Source: a virus. From it: DNA of 64,000 bases. Each line of letters opens with the position of its first letter. Within the stretch, counting starts at the first letter, position 1. A program made the position numbers and the translations under genes. The notes beneath the pieces were generated by a model that was not told where the DNA came from, ran no database searches, and worked only from the letters and a program-made list of their open reading frames with translations. Of the stretch, positions 9,988 to 19,051 are shown piece by piece. The stretch is from positions 64,001 through 128,000 of IMG/VR virus record IMGVR_UViG_3300026097_000009. One strand, given 5' to 3'.

Positions 9988-10490
9988 TAGTTTGCAAATC
10001 CAAATAGCAATGTTACGTTCTTGCCGAACGGTACAGGAGACGTGAATTGTATTCTTGTATCTCCAGGTGTTCCTAAATAATCATAAATCAATGTGTAATT
10101 TGTATCGCTAACTTGAAAAACGTTTTCAATTAATACAATAACATTTTCGGCGGCAGCTGGTTCAAAATCTAAAGGCCCGAACACAGTTTCAACTGCATCA
10201 CCAGGACCTAGTGTTTGTTTTTGTATAGCAGTAGCGCCAGGAGCTCTAACTATTTCCCATGCTCCACCTACATATGCTTCTATGCTGTCTGTATCAGTAT
10301 TATAACGAATTGTTCCGTTTGCGCCGCCTGCTTGTCTTATACCAGATAGTGTAGGACGTTCTGCTTCAGTTCCTTTTGGTAATCGCAAGCCTCCTGGAAT
10401 ATTCATTACAGCTCGTCCGGCGGCATTGACAAACAAATCCGTATCACTAGGACTAAATTTGTTTAGACTTGCTCCCTTTAAATACTTCAT
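9987..10490 (-). CDS. Virion structural protein
   Basis: 167 aa; LPKGT.AERP...G.IRYNTD...EAY motif typical of phage fibre proteins; coupled overlaps. Confidence 0.7.
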   Translation of the reverse strand: MKYLKGASLNKFSPSDTDLFVNAAGRAVMNIPGGLRLPKGTEAERPTLSGIRQAGGANGTIRYNTDTDSIEAYVGGAWEIVRAPGATAIQKQTLGPGDAVETVFGPLDFEPAAAENVIVLIENVFQVSDTNYTLIYDYLGTPGDTRIQFTSPVPFGKNVTLLFGFAN

Positions 10491-10822
10491 ACCGGTAATG
10501 TACTCACTGTTATCGAAATCAAATTTCCTGAACTTGCTGTAGCTCTGATTTGATCTCCATCTTCTAAAACAATTTTTTCATCGGAAAAAATAACAGTTTC
10601 ACCTGCTGGAACAACTAATTGCGATACTACTGTATTTGTGATCGAAGTCACACCTCCGTCTGGTACTAAATTAATAGTAATATTTGAAGTGTTGACAGTT
10701 TCATCTGTAGCATCGGGTGTTCCTGTATTACAAATCATCATAGTTACAATAGCGTTATTACCACTACTTTCGTAAACTAATTCGTCACCTGTCGTTGTTA
10801 ATCTTGCACTACTAATTGCCAT
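10487..10822 (-). CDS. Small beta-rich virion protein
   Basis: 111 aa, paralogue of 7385-7717. Confidence 0.7.
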   Translation of the reverse strand: MAISSARLTTTGDELVYESSGNNAIVTMMICNTGTPDATDETVNTSNITINLVPDGGVTSITNTVVSQLVVPAGETVIFSDEKIVLEDGDQIRATASSGNLISITVSTLPV

Positions 10823-10831
10823 TGTATAATC

Positions 10832-11785
10832 CTAAAATAACATGCTAAAAAGCAAAGCTTTATCTTTGCTGATAATTTCACCGTTCGATGACGGTCCTAC
10901 AAAATATAATCCTGTTCCGCCTGAGCTTATAGGGTTAGCATGCAACGTAGTATATCCGTTTGTATGAGCAGGCGCTGACCCTGTATGCTCTATGATAACG
11001 CCGGAAGAATTTATTTCAACTTTACCGGTATTATTAGTTCTAAAACTTATATTATCGTTTGTATTATTGTTAGTAATTTCAGAACCTAAAAATTCTAAAT
11101 CTTGTATTTCGGCTCTATTCGGATAAAATTTTGCACCTTGTAATCCATCAACAATGATTGCAACTTCACTTTCGCCAACTGCGCCACCTAGGTAATCAGT
11201 ATCACCTTCATCTGCATCAGAGGCAATTACTCGAGTGTCGCCTGTTCTTACCTGTCTTGCAGGATTATTCTGAATAGTATCATCTACATATTTTTTGTTT
11301 GGTATATCATCGTCATCAGTAACTTGATTTTCATAATTAGTGGTTCCTGTTACTTTAACTACTCCGGTACCAAACCCTATCAAAGTCAAATCGCCAAAAT
11401 CAGTATCTGCATCAGTTCTAATTCTTCTTACTCTTAAATTGCTATCTTGAAAATTATAACTGTCAACTGCTCCGGTTGCAATAAACCATGTATCACTTTC
11501 TTCATCAAAAGCAAAGCTTGCAGTACCAGATGATGCTGTACCTCTATCTATTTCGATACCACTATACCTTAAGCTAACGCCGTTGCCTGTTTCGCCGTAG
11601 TTTAAAGTAATAATGTTATCTTGAACCTGTAAATTTTCGGCTGAAACTGTAAGTGTATCACCATCAACTACAAGATTACCGGTAACACGGGTAATTCCTA
11701 CCCCTGCACCGGTATCTAGTGTTATGGTTTTAGTTTCGCCAGTGACAATATTAATATTGCCATTAGATTGGATAACTTTACCCAT
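10832..11785 (-). CDS. Virion fibre-like structural protein
   Basis: 317 aa; GNLVVDG...V.DNIITLN.GE.G.G....SGIEIDRG and NKKYVD motifs common in phage fibres. Confidence 0.7.
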   Translation of the reverse strand: MGKVIQSNGNINIVTGETKTITLDTGAGVGITRVTGNLVVDGDTLTVSAENLQVQDNIITLNYGETGNGVSLRYSGIEIDRGTASSGTASFAFDEESDTWFIATGAVDSYNFQDSNLRVRRIRTDADTDFGDLTLIGFGTGVVKVTGTTNYENQVTDDDDIPNKKYVDDTIQNNPARQVRTGDTRVIASDADEGDTDYLGGAVGESEVAIIVDGLQGAKFYPNRAEIQDLEFLGSEITNNNTNDNISFRTNNTGKVEINSSGVIIEHTGSAPAHTNGYTTLHANPISSGGTGLYFVGPSSNGEIISKDKALLFSMLF

Positions 11786-11799
11786 ATATCACCTTGCTG

Positions 11800-12246
11800 T
11801 TAAGCGCCTGGTCCGCCAACTTTTTCTGTTAGTAAAAGCTGATTGGAAGTTGAATCATCATCAACTGTCCACTTATAACGCTGATCATTAAAATCGACAG
11901 CAATTCTGTTGGTTAGCTTTTGAATAGTTACTGCCGCGGTATCGCCACCGTCGTCGACAAAATAACCAACAATAACCATTTCTCCTGCTTCTAGGCCTAA
12001 TGCAGTCGAATCATCACCCGATCCTGCTTTGTCTACCAAGCGACAAACTGCTTGTTCTCCGTCTTCTGAACTTTGAACTAGGAATCTGCGAGAAGATTTT
12101 TGCTTTACAATAAAAATATCAGATTCTGGATCTGCAATAGTCATTTTACCGCCGATAAAAGCCGCTTCGACTGGTATATTTGGATAATCTCCTTCAGAAC
12201 TACTTGTTTGTGTTCCGAAATACTTTTTGTTAATAGGACGTCCCAT
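11800..12246 (-). CDS. Hypothetical virion protein (start revised to MGRPINKKYFG)
   Basis: AAGGAG SD precedes ATG at 12246; the track's longer N-terminus runs through a structured leader. Confidence 0.7.
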   Translation of the reverse strand: MGRPINKKYFGTQTSSSEGDYPNIPVEAAFIGGKMTIADPESDIFIVKQKSSRRFLVQSSEDGEQAVCRLVDKAGSGDDSTALGLEAGEMVIVGYFVDDGGDTAAVTIQKLTNRIAVDFNDQRYKWTVDDDSTSNQLLLTEKVGGPGA

Positions 12247-12257
12247 TATTTTCTCCT

Positions 12258-12310
12258 TTATTAGAAGTCCGATGCGGGTTCTAGCCGCTACGGGGTGGGT
12301 CCCCCATAAT
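12258..12310 (-). promoter_or_regulatory. Structured 5' leader with candidate H-type pseudoknot
   Basis: ATGGGG/CCCCGT hairpin; GCGG/CCGC hairpin whose loop TAGAA complements TTCTA just upstream of the SD. Confidence 0.45.
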
Positions 12311-12324
12311 ATATCGAACACATG

Positions 12325-12331
12325 TATTTAT
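12325..12331 (-). promoter_or_regulatory. T4-type late promoter overlapping the upstream stop codon
   Basis: ATAAATA containing the TAA of 12328-12597. Confidence 0.5.
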
Positions 12332-12597
12332 TGCTTTGATAAATGTTTTAGTATTTCTATTCGTTCGACAGTTTTAACCAATTCATTAATTTTATATATT
12401 TCTGTTTCTGCTTTTTCTATATAGTGCCTACTTTTAGTATTACGATACTCAACCATATACTTGCTGTATGCCGTTATATGAGATTCTGCGGTAGATTGGA
12501 GACGTTCAACATCTTTGTTAAACATTGGATATTTTCTACGATATTTTTTTAAATGATTTCTCAGACGAGTAAAGTCATCTTCATCTTTAACTATCAT
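12328..12597 (-). CDS. Hypothetical protein (probably leaderless)
   Basis: 89-aa helical, basic ORF; TAAATA 5 nt upstream of ATG, no SD. Confidence 0.65.
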   Translation of the reverse strand: MIVKDEDDFTRLRNHLKKYRRKYPMFNKDVERLQSTAESHITAYSKYMVEYRNTKSRHYIEKAETEIYKINELVKTVERIEILKHLSKQ

Positions 12598-12612
12598 AAA
12601 TGTATTTAAGTC

Positions 12613-12642
12613 AAAAAGAAAGGGCCTTGCGGCCCTTCTTTT
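12613..12642 (-). terminator. Rho-independent terminator after the major capsid gene (possibly bidirectional)
   Basis: - strand AAGGGCC-GCAA-GGCCCTT followed by TCTTTTT; T-run also on the + side. Confidence 0.85.
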
Positions 12643-12660
12643 GTGTTACTCTAAAATATA

Positions 12661-13833
12661 TTAAGAGAAACGTAGGTTATTAGTTGTAACTTCAACTTTA
12701 CTCAGGTAGTCAGCCGCATTACCTAGAGATGATGCAGTGTTTGTTAACTCTACATAACCATATCTAGTCATGAAACTTACTACTGGCTCGAACGTTGATG
12801 GATCTAGTACAACACCGCTTGACATCAATGGGATGTATGGGCAGTAGAACGCAGGTGCGTCTGATTCGCTTGAACCTTTGTATCCAACAAGTACGTTGTC
12901 GTCTGTAGCATAACCGTTTACATATACTCTCATTGCACCGTTAAGTGTACCAACGAACTTAGTGTTAGTTGGAGCTTCGAAAGTACCTTCAGTTGTTCTT
13001 GCGAACGCTGAAGTTGTAGCACTTTGAAGAAGAGTTAATGTAGTTGGTGAAACGACAGCATAGTTACCAGCACCACGACGTGTACGCTGGGCAATTAAGT
13101 TTGCCGCTCTGTTGATTTGAACAGCAAGAGCCGCATGCTCGTCACCTACGAATGTAGCAGTACCAGAAACGGCTGCCTGATCGTATGTTAAAACAGTACC
13201 AGCTAGAGCATTCAAGCTTCCAATCACTTCCTGATCAATTTCAGCAGTAATTTCTTGTGCCAAAGCAGCCATAATCTCTGCTTCTACGTCGATACCTTGC
13301 TGAGCCTGTGCATCTTGCGCAGATTCAAAAGTCCAACGTGCAGAAAGCTTTCTTGACTTAGCTTCAACAGTTTGCTTCAAGATCTGAATGCTTAAACGAT
13401 TACCACCAGTACCTTCTAAAGCCGCTGTATTAGCTGCCTTATCATCAGCTGCCGCGCCTGAATAGCCTTCAGCAATCTTAAATGGTGATAGTGCTTCTTC
13501 GCCAGCAGTAGTATCAGTACCTGATGTGCTGTCAAAGTTGTCCGCATAACGAACACGTAGTGTGTGGATCTGACCCACTGGTCCAGTCATTGGCTGTACG
13601 CCTACCAATTCGTTAGCAATAACGGTTGGCATTACACGTCTGATCACTGGAAGGATCACACGATTTAGTGTTGCAACATTACCGGCGGAAGTAGCACCAG
13701 CGGTAGCACTTTCTGCAAGATACTTACGGGTATTTTCCAGAGTTGCTGCCATAACTGTGCGCTTGTTACCATTTAGACCTTCAAGTAGGGCCTCTTTGGT
13801 TTCCGACCAGCGTGACTCAAGTAGTTGTGACAT
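12661..13833 (-). CDS. gp23: Major capsid protein (T4 gp23-like)
   Basis: RRVMPTVIANELVGVQPMTGPVGQIHTLR, VEAKSRKLSARWTFE.AQD, EITAEIDQE, FYCPYIPL, F.TRYG motifs; GAGGAG SD supports the start at MSQLLESRW. Confidence 0.95.
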   Translation of the reverse strand: MSQLLESRWSETKEALLEGLNGNKRTVMAATLENTRKYLAESATAGATSAGNVATLNRVILPVIRRVMPTVIANELVGVQPMTGPVGQIHTLRVRYADNFDSTSGTDTTAGEEALSPFKIAEGYSGAAADDKAANTAALEGTGGNRLSIQILKQTVEAKSRKLSARWTFESAQDAQAQQGIDVEAEIMAALAQEITAEIDQEVIGSLNALAGTVLTYDQAAVSGTATFVGDEHAALAVQINRAANLIAQRTRRGAGNYAVVSPTTLTLLQSATTSAFARTTEGTFEAPTNTKFVGTLNGAMRVYVNGYATDDNVLVGYKGSSESDAPAFYCPYIPLMSSGVVLDPSTFEPVVSFMTRYGYVELTNTASSLGNAADYLSKVEVTTNNLRFS

Positions 13834-13844
13834 TTTTGTTCTCC

Positions 13845-14942
13845 TCAAACCTTTAGTCCCGCAAGCCTGCGGATATCAAATACTTCGGCAGTGTTCACTT
13901 CACTACCAGTTGATTGTGCCTTTGTTTTTTTGTCGCCTGTAATTTCTTTTGCCTCTGTTAACGCTTGTTTTGCTGGTTTACCGCCATCCATTACGGAAGG
14001 CATATACTTATCAAACTGTTTGCGTAACTTGTCAGTTTGAACAGATTCTAGTAAATCTTTCATGACTTCTCTTTTTTCACTGTTTAACGGTGCAAGAAGT
14101 TCGTTCATAACATTACTTCTTTCAATAGAGTCATTGATAGATTTGATTTCATGATCTTTCGATTCTAATAAATCCCTAGTTTCAGCAACAACTTTCGCCG
14201 CTTCTTCTAGCTCTTGTGTTTTTTGATTCACAACTTTTAGCAGTTTAGCGGTTTCGGATTTTTCATTAAGATAACTCGTGTTATATTCAGTAGCGAAAGC
14301 TTCAAAAATTCTACGACCAAAGTCATTCTGTCTTGCAGATTCAATATCTTCTTTAAGTTGATTAATTTCACCTTTAAGTGTTTTAGATACTGTTTCTGAA
14401 ACCATGCTTGATGCAGTTTTAATAAACTTATTCTTAACTTCATCAAACTTAGCTTTGTTTTCTTTAACAAGCTTAACTTTAGTTTCGGCAAGATCTTGTT
14501 TATCTTCGTAAAATTCAGCTATTTCTTTAGCTAAAGCTTCGACAATAAATTCTTCTAGCTTTTGAATATTATTTGCAACAGAATTGCGATCTTCATGAAG
14601 TTCTGCTATTTCACCTTTTAAATTCTGCAAAACAAAAGCTTCCATAGCCTGTGTATCTTGCTTCATTTTTTGTGCATAGCGAGCTCTTGCTTCAATCAAA
14701 CCCTCACGATCAGCATTGAATTCTTCAAGTTCGCCTTGTAATCTTTCAGACAACATTGACTCAATGGCTTCGACCATTGTAGATTTGTCATGCTCATACT
14801 TTGTTGCAAACTCTTCGCGTAATTCTGTAGCTACCTGTTCACGGTTTTCTTGAATCTTGCTTTCCCAAGCAGTTTCAATTTCCGATTTAATTTCTTCGGA
14901 AATCACATTGTTCTCGAATAAATCTTTTACTATGTCAATCAC
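13845..14942 (-). CDS. gp22: Prohead core scaffolding protein (gp22-like)
   Basis: 365-aa E/K-rich coiled coil between protease and capsid genes; GRRIFEAF motif; GTG start with AGGAG SD. Confidence 0.8.
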   Translation of the reverse strand: MIDIVKDLFENNVISEEIKSEIETAWESKIQENREQVATELREEFATKYEHDKSTMVEAIESMLSERLQGELEEFNADREGLIEARARYAQKMKQDTQAMEAFVLQNLKGEIAELHEDRNSVANNIQKLEEFIVEALAKEIAEFYEDKQDLAETKVKLVKENKAKFDEVKNKFIKTASSMVSETVSKTLKGEINQLKEDIESARQNDFGRRIFEAFATEYNTSYLNEKSETAKLLKVVNQKTQELEEAAKVVAETRDLLESKDHEIKSINDSIERSNVMNELLAPLNSEKREVMKDLLESVQTDKLRKQFDKYMPSVMDGGKPAKQALTEAKEITGDKKTKAQSTGSEVNTAEVFDIRRLAGLKV

Positions 14943-14957
14943 TGTGATTCTCCTACT

Positions 14958-15581
14958 TTACTTGAGCCCTGAAATTATATTTTTCAAAGCTTCAGCGATG
15001 TACTTTTGTGCCTTTGGATCGCCTTGGACTTCTTTCGAAGTTAAAATTGCCTTATAACCCCCGTCGGTATTCATTAAATGTTCATACACTGGGGTTGGAT
15101 ATGCTCCCGGAGCACTTGGTTGAGCAACAATATCAACTGTAATGATTTCAAAACCTTTAACATTGCCGCCACCGTCGACTTCTCCCGAACCTCTACTAGA
15201 AACGCCTAATTTTACACCGCTTTCTAGCATCGTTTGAACGAGCTGTCCCATAGGTGTTGGAATAATTTTAAGCTTTCCATACCCATTAGGACCGTCCATC
15301 CACATTTTTGTGATCATATGACTAACACGATCTAAATTAATTTTCAAATCGTCTGGATGATCAACTTCACCACATACAGAATATCCACCTGATACTTGTT
15401 CATTGAGCGTGTTTACAGCCGTTCTAATTTCATCAGAGGAATATACCCTTTGATTTTGATTGCGAATATCGCCTTGTATACAAATACCAGACATATACAA
15501 AGACTTTGTTTCGCCCTCATCACGCTCCAACACAATTTGTGCTTGATCAAACGACAAATGTTCGCTGAGTGGTTGTCTCAC
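14958..15581 (-). CDS. gp21: Prohead maturation protease (gp21-like)
   Basis: NQNQRVY, GEVDHP, RVSHMI, TPMGQ, GVSSRGSG, DIVAQPSAPGAY motifs. Confidence 0.93.
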   Translation of the reverse strand: MRQPLSEHLSFDQAQIVLERDEGETKSLYMSGICIQGDIRNQNQRVYSSDEIRTAVNTLNEQVSGGYSVCGEVDHPDDLKINLDRVSHMITKMWMDGPNGYGKLKIIPTPMGQLVQTMLESGVKLGVSSRGSGEVDGGGNVKGFEIITVDIVAQPSAPGAYPTPVYEHLMNTDGGYKAILTSKEVQGDPKAQKYIAEALKNIISGLK

Positions 15582-15597
15582 TTATTTCTCCTGATTC

Positions 15598-16407
15598 TTA
15601 CTTGAATAAGCTATTCTTGTTATCAGCTTGCTCTGCAGAACCTTTCTTTTCAGCACCGTGTCCGGGCTCATTACTCATTTTAGTTGCGTTTTTAGAACCT
15701 GGAGTATTAACATTACCAGTGTTCATGTCTTTAGGTGAATTGCTCGAAAGTCCGCTTTCACTACCACCTTTAGCTTCTTCAGCTTGGTTTAAATTGCTTG
15801 CTGTTCCGCCCATATCATTTTTCATATTGTCAATTGTGCTTTTCTTGTTGTCAGCTGATTCTGCTGAACCTTTTTGCTCTGCACCGTGACCGCCTGCAAC
15901 CCTATCTACATACTCTTTAATAGTTGCAAGTTCATCGTATTCTTCTTTGCTTTCAAAAGAAAAATCTTCTTCAGTTTCTTCAGCGTCCATATCCATATCC
16001 ATGTCATCTTCGCCGTTACCTTGGAGTTCATCAAACTTTGCTTGAAGTTCGTCAACAATACTTTCTAGATCTTGGAAAAGTTCGTCGGTATCTTCTTCAC
16101 CTTCGTCATCATCCATATCCATTTCTTCTTCGTCGTCTACATCATTAATCAAGTCATCTGCAGGATCGACAGTATCGTCATCTTCTTCGTCAAGATCTAA
16201 TTCTAAAAAAGACTCTTCAACTTCTTCTTTATCCTCGTCCTCTTCCTCGTCTTCCTCTTCTAGGTCTTCAACGTTTTCGTCTAAAAGAGTTTCGTAAATT
16301 TCACGAGACTTTTCAACCACATACTGATGGAAAAGCTCTTCTGCTTTTTCTTTGTCTTCATTAACAAGATGCTCTAGCATCTGTTCTAATAGATTGTTAT
16401 CCGCCAT
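15598..16407 (-). CDS. Highly acidic prohead core protein (gp67/gp68-like position)
   Basis: 269 aa, long D/E tracts, internal repeat GHGAE.KGSAE.ADNK.S; lies upstream of gp21; AAGGAG SD. Confidence 0.7.
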   Translation of the reverse strand: MADNNLLEQMLEHLVNEDKEKAEELFHQYVVEKSREIYETLLDENVEDLEEEDEEEDEDKEEVEESFLELDLDEEDDDTVDPADDLINDVDDEEEMDMDDDEGEEDTDELFQDLESIVDELQAKFDELQGNGEDDMDMDMDAEETEEDFSFESKEEYDELATIKEYVDRVAGGHGAEQKGSAESADNKKSTIDNMKNDMGGTASNLNQAEEAKGGSESGLSSNSPKDMNTGNVNTPGSKNATKMSNEPGHGAEKKGSAEQADNKNSLFK

Positions 16408-16440
16408 GGTATTCTCCTTGATGATTAGGCTGCTGTGTAT

Positions 16441-16446
16441 TATTTA
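16441..16446 (-). promoter_or_regulatory. Late promoter for the head-core/capsid operon
   Basis: TAAATA in intergenic gap upstream of 16407. Confidence 0.55.
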
Positions 16447-16468
16447 CATGATTGTAACATTTTCTGCT

Positions 16469-17104
16469 TTAAATGTTGCTTTTTTGATCGTTTTTGTCGG
16501 AGTAAATAGATCCTGGGTAGATTTTTTCAAAATCTTCGAATTTGAAATGTCTTAAATTTCTGTGTTTCGGTCCTAATTGATCAGGTATAAACCCTTCATG
16601 TTCGATCACTCTAACAAACTCTATATTTTTAAATTCTTTAATAGTTTTTTCGGTTTGATTTAACCAATTTCCATGATATGTTGCACTATCGGAAGATTTT
16701 TTATAATTGTATGTATTAGCGTACACATTATTAAACTTTCCTGAATCTCCTTTGTAGTCAAATCCAAAAATGTAGATTTCGTTAAATCCTTGAGTGCAAG
16801 CAAAATGCAAAGCTGTTGGGCCTGAGCTCCAGCCTTTATGAGGTGAGAAAAAATTTATGCCTTTTTTACTGTTAACGCCTTTGTTTGGGTTTGTCCATAC
16901 TGAATGCTTTTTATGATATCCACTTGCAATAATTTCATTGATCATTTTTACATCTACTGCAATCAGATAGTGCGGATCGAATTCCCTATAAATTGCATTA
17001 CAGCCGAATATAGTTCCTTCATTTCTAATATGATTGTGATTAAGTTTTAGTCTACTTTTGCCGTTGCCGAGTACAAATGCAACTTTTTTACTCTGCTGGC
17101 TCAC
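16469..17104 (-). CDS. MptE/Maf (DUF115)-like Rossmann-fold protein, possible glycosyltransferase
   Basis: AFVLGNGKSR, IFGCNAIYR..PHYLIAVD, SSGPTAL..A...GFNEIYIFGFD motifs. Confidence 0.6.
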   Translation of the reverse strand: MSQQSKKVAFVLGNGKSRLKLNHNHIRNEGTIFGCNAIYREFDPHYLIAVDVKMINEIIASGYHKKHSVWTNPNKGVNSKKGINFFSPHKGWSSGPTALHFACTQGFNEIYIFGFDYKGDSGKFNNVYANTYNYKKSSDSATYHGNWLNQTEKTIKEFKNIEFVRVIEHEGFIPDQLGPKHRNLRHFKFEDFEKIYPGSIYSDKNDQKSNI

Positions 17105-17324
17105 TCGGCGCTCCGTACATAGCTTTTACAAACTGAAGATCATTTTCTTTTTCTTTATCATGTGCTTCAGTTTGCTTTCTTAAATAATTGATCTGTTTCA
17201 GTGTTAGTTTTACTTTTCTCGAATCACCAAAACGGACCACAGAGCTATCACGATCTGCATCATAACGCATATCGTTCTCTAAATTATTTTCATTATTAAT
17301 ATAAAAAAATTCGTACAAGAGCAT
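17088..17324 (-). CDS. Small hypothetical head-associated protein (start revised to MLLYEF)
   Basis: TATAAATA 4 nt upstream of ATG at 17324; the longer track ORF overlaps the portal gene. Confidence 0.65.
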   Translation of the reverse strand: MLLYEFFYINNENNLENDMRYDADRDSSVVRFGDSRKVKLTLKQINYLRKQTEAHDKEKENDLQFVKAMYGAPSEPAE

Positions 17325-17328
17325 AATG

Positions 17329-17336
17329 TATTTATA
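17329..17336 (-). promoter_or_regulatory. Perfect T4 late promoter TATAAATA
   Basis: Exact consensus, overlaps the portal stop codon. Confidence 0.65.
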
Positions 17337-19050
17337 TTGTTTCAGTTCCTGTGTCGGTGTCTGTTCCGCCAACATCTCCAGCACCGGTATCTGCACCTGT
17401 TTCTGATTCAGGAGATAACGGCGATTCTGCTGATTGAACATCTAAATCAGCAGAAATATTGCCTGGTGTAATACCAACTCCTCTTAATTGAGCTCCTGCA
17501 TCTGTCGGCGAAGACAACATTCCGTTTTCTTCTCTCCACAGAGTTTCGTTTTCTGCAATTTCTTCTTCAGTTAATCCTAAGAATCTTTTCATTGCAAATC
17601 GCTTTGAAAGATAAGGATTTTCTGCAATAGCACCATATAAATTTGCTCGTGTAGTATCTAATTCTGCTTGTCGATATGCCGCAAAATTTTGTGGCGGTGT
17701 AAAATTCAATTCAAATAAACTGTTATCTATGTTATATCCATTATCATACAACCAGATTTTGAATTCTTCATCAAACACATTGATTACGTTTGACTGCAAT
17801 CTTTCGCAGTATTTGTTAAAACGGAGTTCTTGTATATAAGCTGTGCCAACTTTTCCGTCTGCAATAACGTTCGCCGATTCGTCAATACCTGTGGGCAAAT
17901 ACGATGCAGGGATTCTCAAGGCACGGAAAAGCTTATTAGTAAAAAATCTTAGGTCAGTAATTTCGCCTAGGTTTGTTCCGCCTGGTAATGTTTCTACTTT
18001 TGATCCACGTCCTTCAGCAGTTTGTGGGAAGAAGTAATCTTCATTCACTGATAACGGATTATAACTGGCGTCTATCATATTCTGACCGCCGCCTGTCGAA
18101 CTAGGTATTCGTCTTTGTTGAATTTCGTTTTTTACACGTTCCACAAATCCCATCGCCATATGTGCTGGCATATTACCTACATCGACATAAAAAATACGTC
18201 TTTCAGGAGCTCGTTGTATACGATAAATGATAATCGCATCTTCAAGTAATTCTTTTTGTTTGTAAACTTTAAACACAGACTCTAGCAGTGAATTGCCAAA
18301 CGGATAGTTATTATCTAGGCCTTCGCTCATGCTAATATGGATAACATGTTTTGCATCGATACTGACTTCGTTTTCTCCGTTTTGGAATCGTGTTCCTGGA
18401 GTTTGATTTACATTTCCAACATAACCTCTTCCTTGTGCTCCGCCGGTTGTGTAACTAGAAACTCCCGAAGGCCCATAATTCATACTACCCTGATCTTTAG
18501 TAAATTCGAGATCTTTAAGATTAATATTAATATCTTTTACAACATAGCTGGTTGGGATTTTTCCTTCGCTTTCGTTTACTATAATCTTAGTAACCTTCGA
18601 CGGATCAATGTGCAGCCATTTCTTAGTTTCTGGGTCTCTTACAAAAAATGAATCGCCGTACTTGAACGTATTGCGCACAATCCTAAACATTCTTTTTTCA
18701 AACTGTTGATGCTTGCACCATTTTTGCAAAGCATCTTTTAGAAGTTTGACTTCCACAGCAGTAGGATTTTGTTTAAAATGAAATCTAAACGGAATATCGT
18801 TTTCTTTGTCTTTCTGTGTGCAGAATTCTGCAAGAATATCTAATGCGGCATTAACTTCGGAATCCATATCCATAGTATCGTACTGTGTATAACGCTCTGT
18901 CCTATTCGGAGAACCTGCATAAACATCAGGTAGATACGAAGAATAATTTGTTTTTGCAGGGCCCGGACGACTTCCGTTTCCTAGAGGACTATACGTTCCT
19001 TGCGGATTATCGCTGGTTTGTACTGGTTTAAAATATTTTTTCCAACTCAT
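17332..19050 (-). CDS. gp20: Portal protein (T4 gp20-like)
   Basis: LLEDAIIIYRIQRAPERRIFYVDVGNMP, EDYFFP...GRGSKVETLPGG.NLG, ELRFNKYCERLQ motifs; start at MSWKKYF. Confidence 0.95.
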   Translation of the reverse strand: MSWKKYFKPVQTSDNPQGTYSPLGNGSRPGPAKTNYSSYLPDVYAGSPNRTERYTQYDTMDMDSEVNAALDILAEFCTQKDKENDIPFRFHFKQNPTAVEVKLLKDALQKWCKHQQFEKRMFRIVRNTFKYGDSFFVRDPETKKWLHIDPSKVTKIIVNESEGKIPTSYVVKDININLKDLEFTKDQGSMNYGPSGVSSYTTGGAQGRGYVGNVNQTPGTRFQNGENEVSIDAKHVIHISMSEGLDNNYPFGNSLLESVFKVYKQKELLEDAIIIYRIQRAPERRIFYVDVGNMPAHMAMGFVERVKNEIQQRRIPSSTGGGQNMIDASYNPLSVNEDYFFPQTAEGRGSKVETLPGGTNLGEITDLRFFTNKLFRALRIPASYLPTGIDESANVIADGKVGTAYIQELRFNKYCERLQSNVINVFDEEFKIWLYDNGYNIDNSLFELNFTPPQNFAAYRQAELDTTRANLYGAIAENPYLSKRFAMKRFLGLTEEEIAENETLWREENGMLSSPTDAGAQLRGVGITPGNISADLDVQSAESPLSPESETGADTGAGDVGGTDTDTGTETI

Positions 19051-19051
19051 T

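Noticed and set aside
12274-12290. GGTTCTAGC similarity to the preQ1-I riboswitch loop
   Set aside because: Lies antisense to the gene and lacks the A-rich 3' tail
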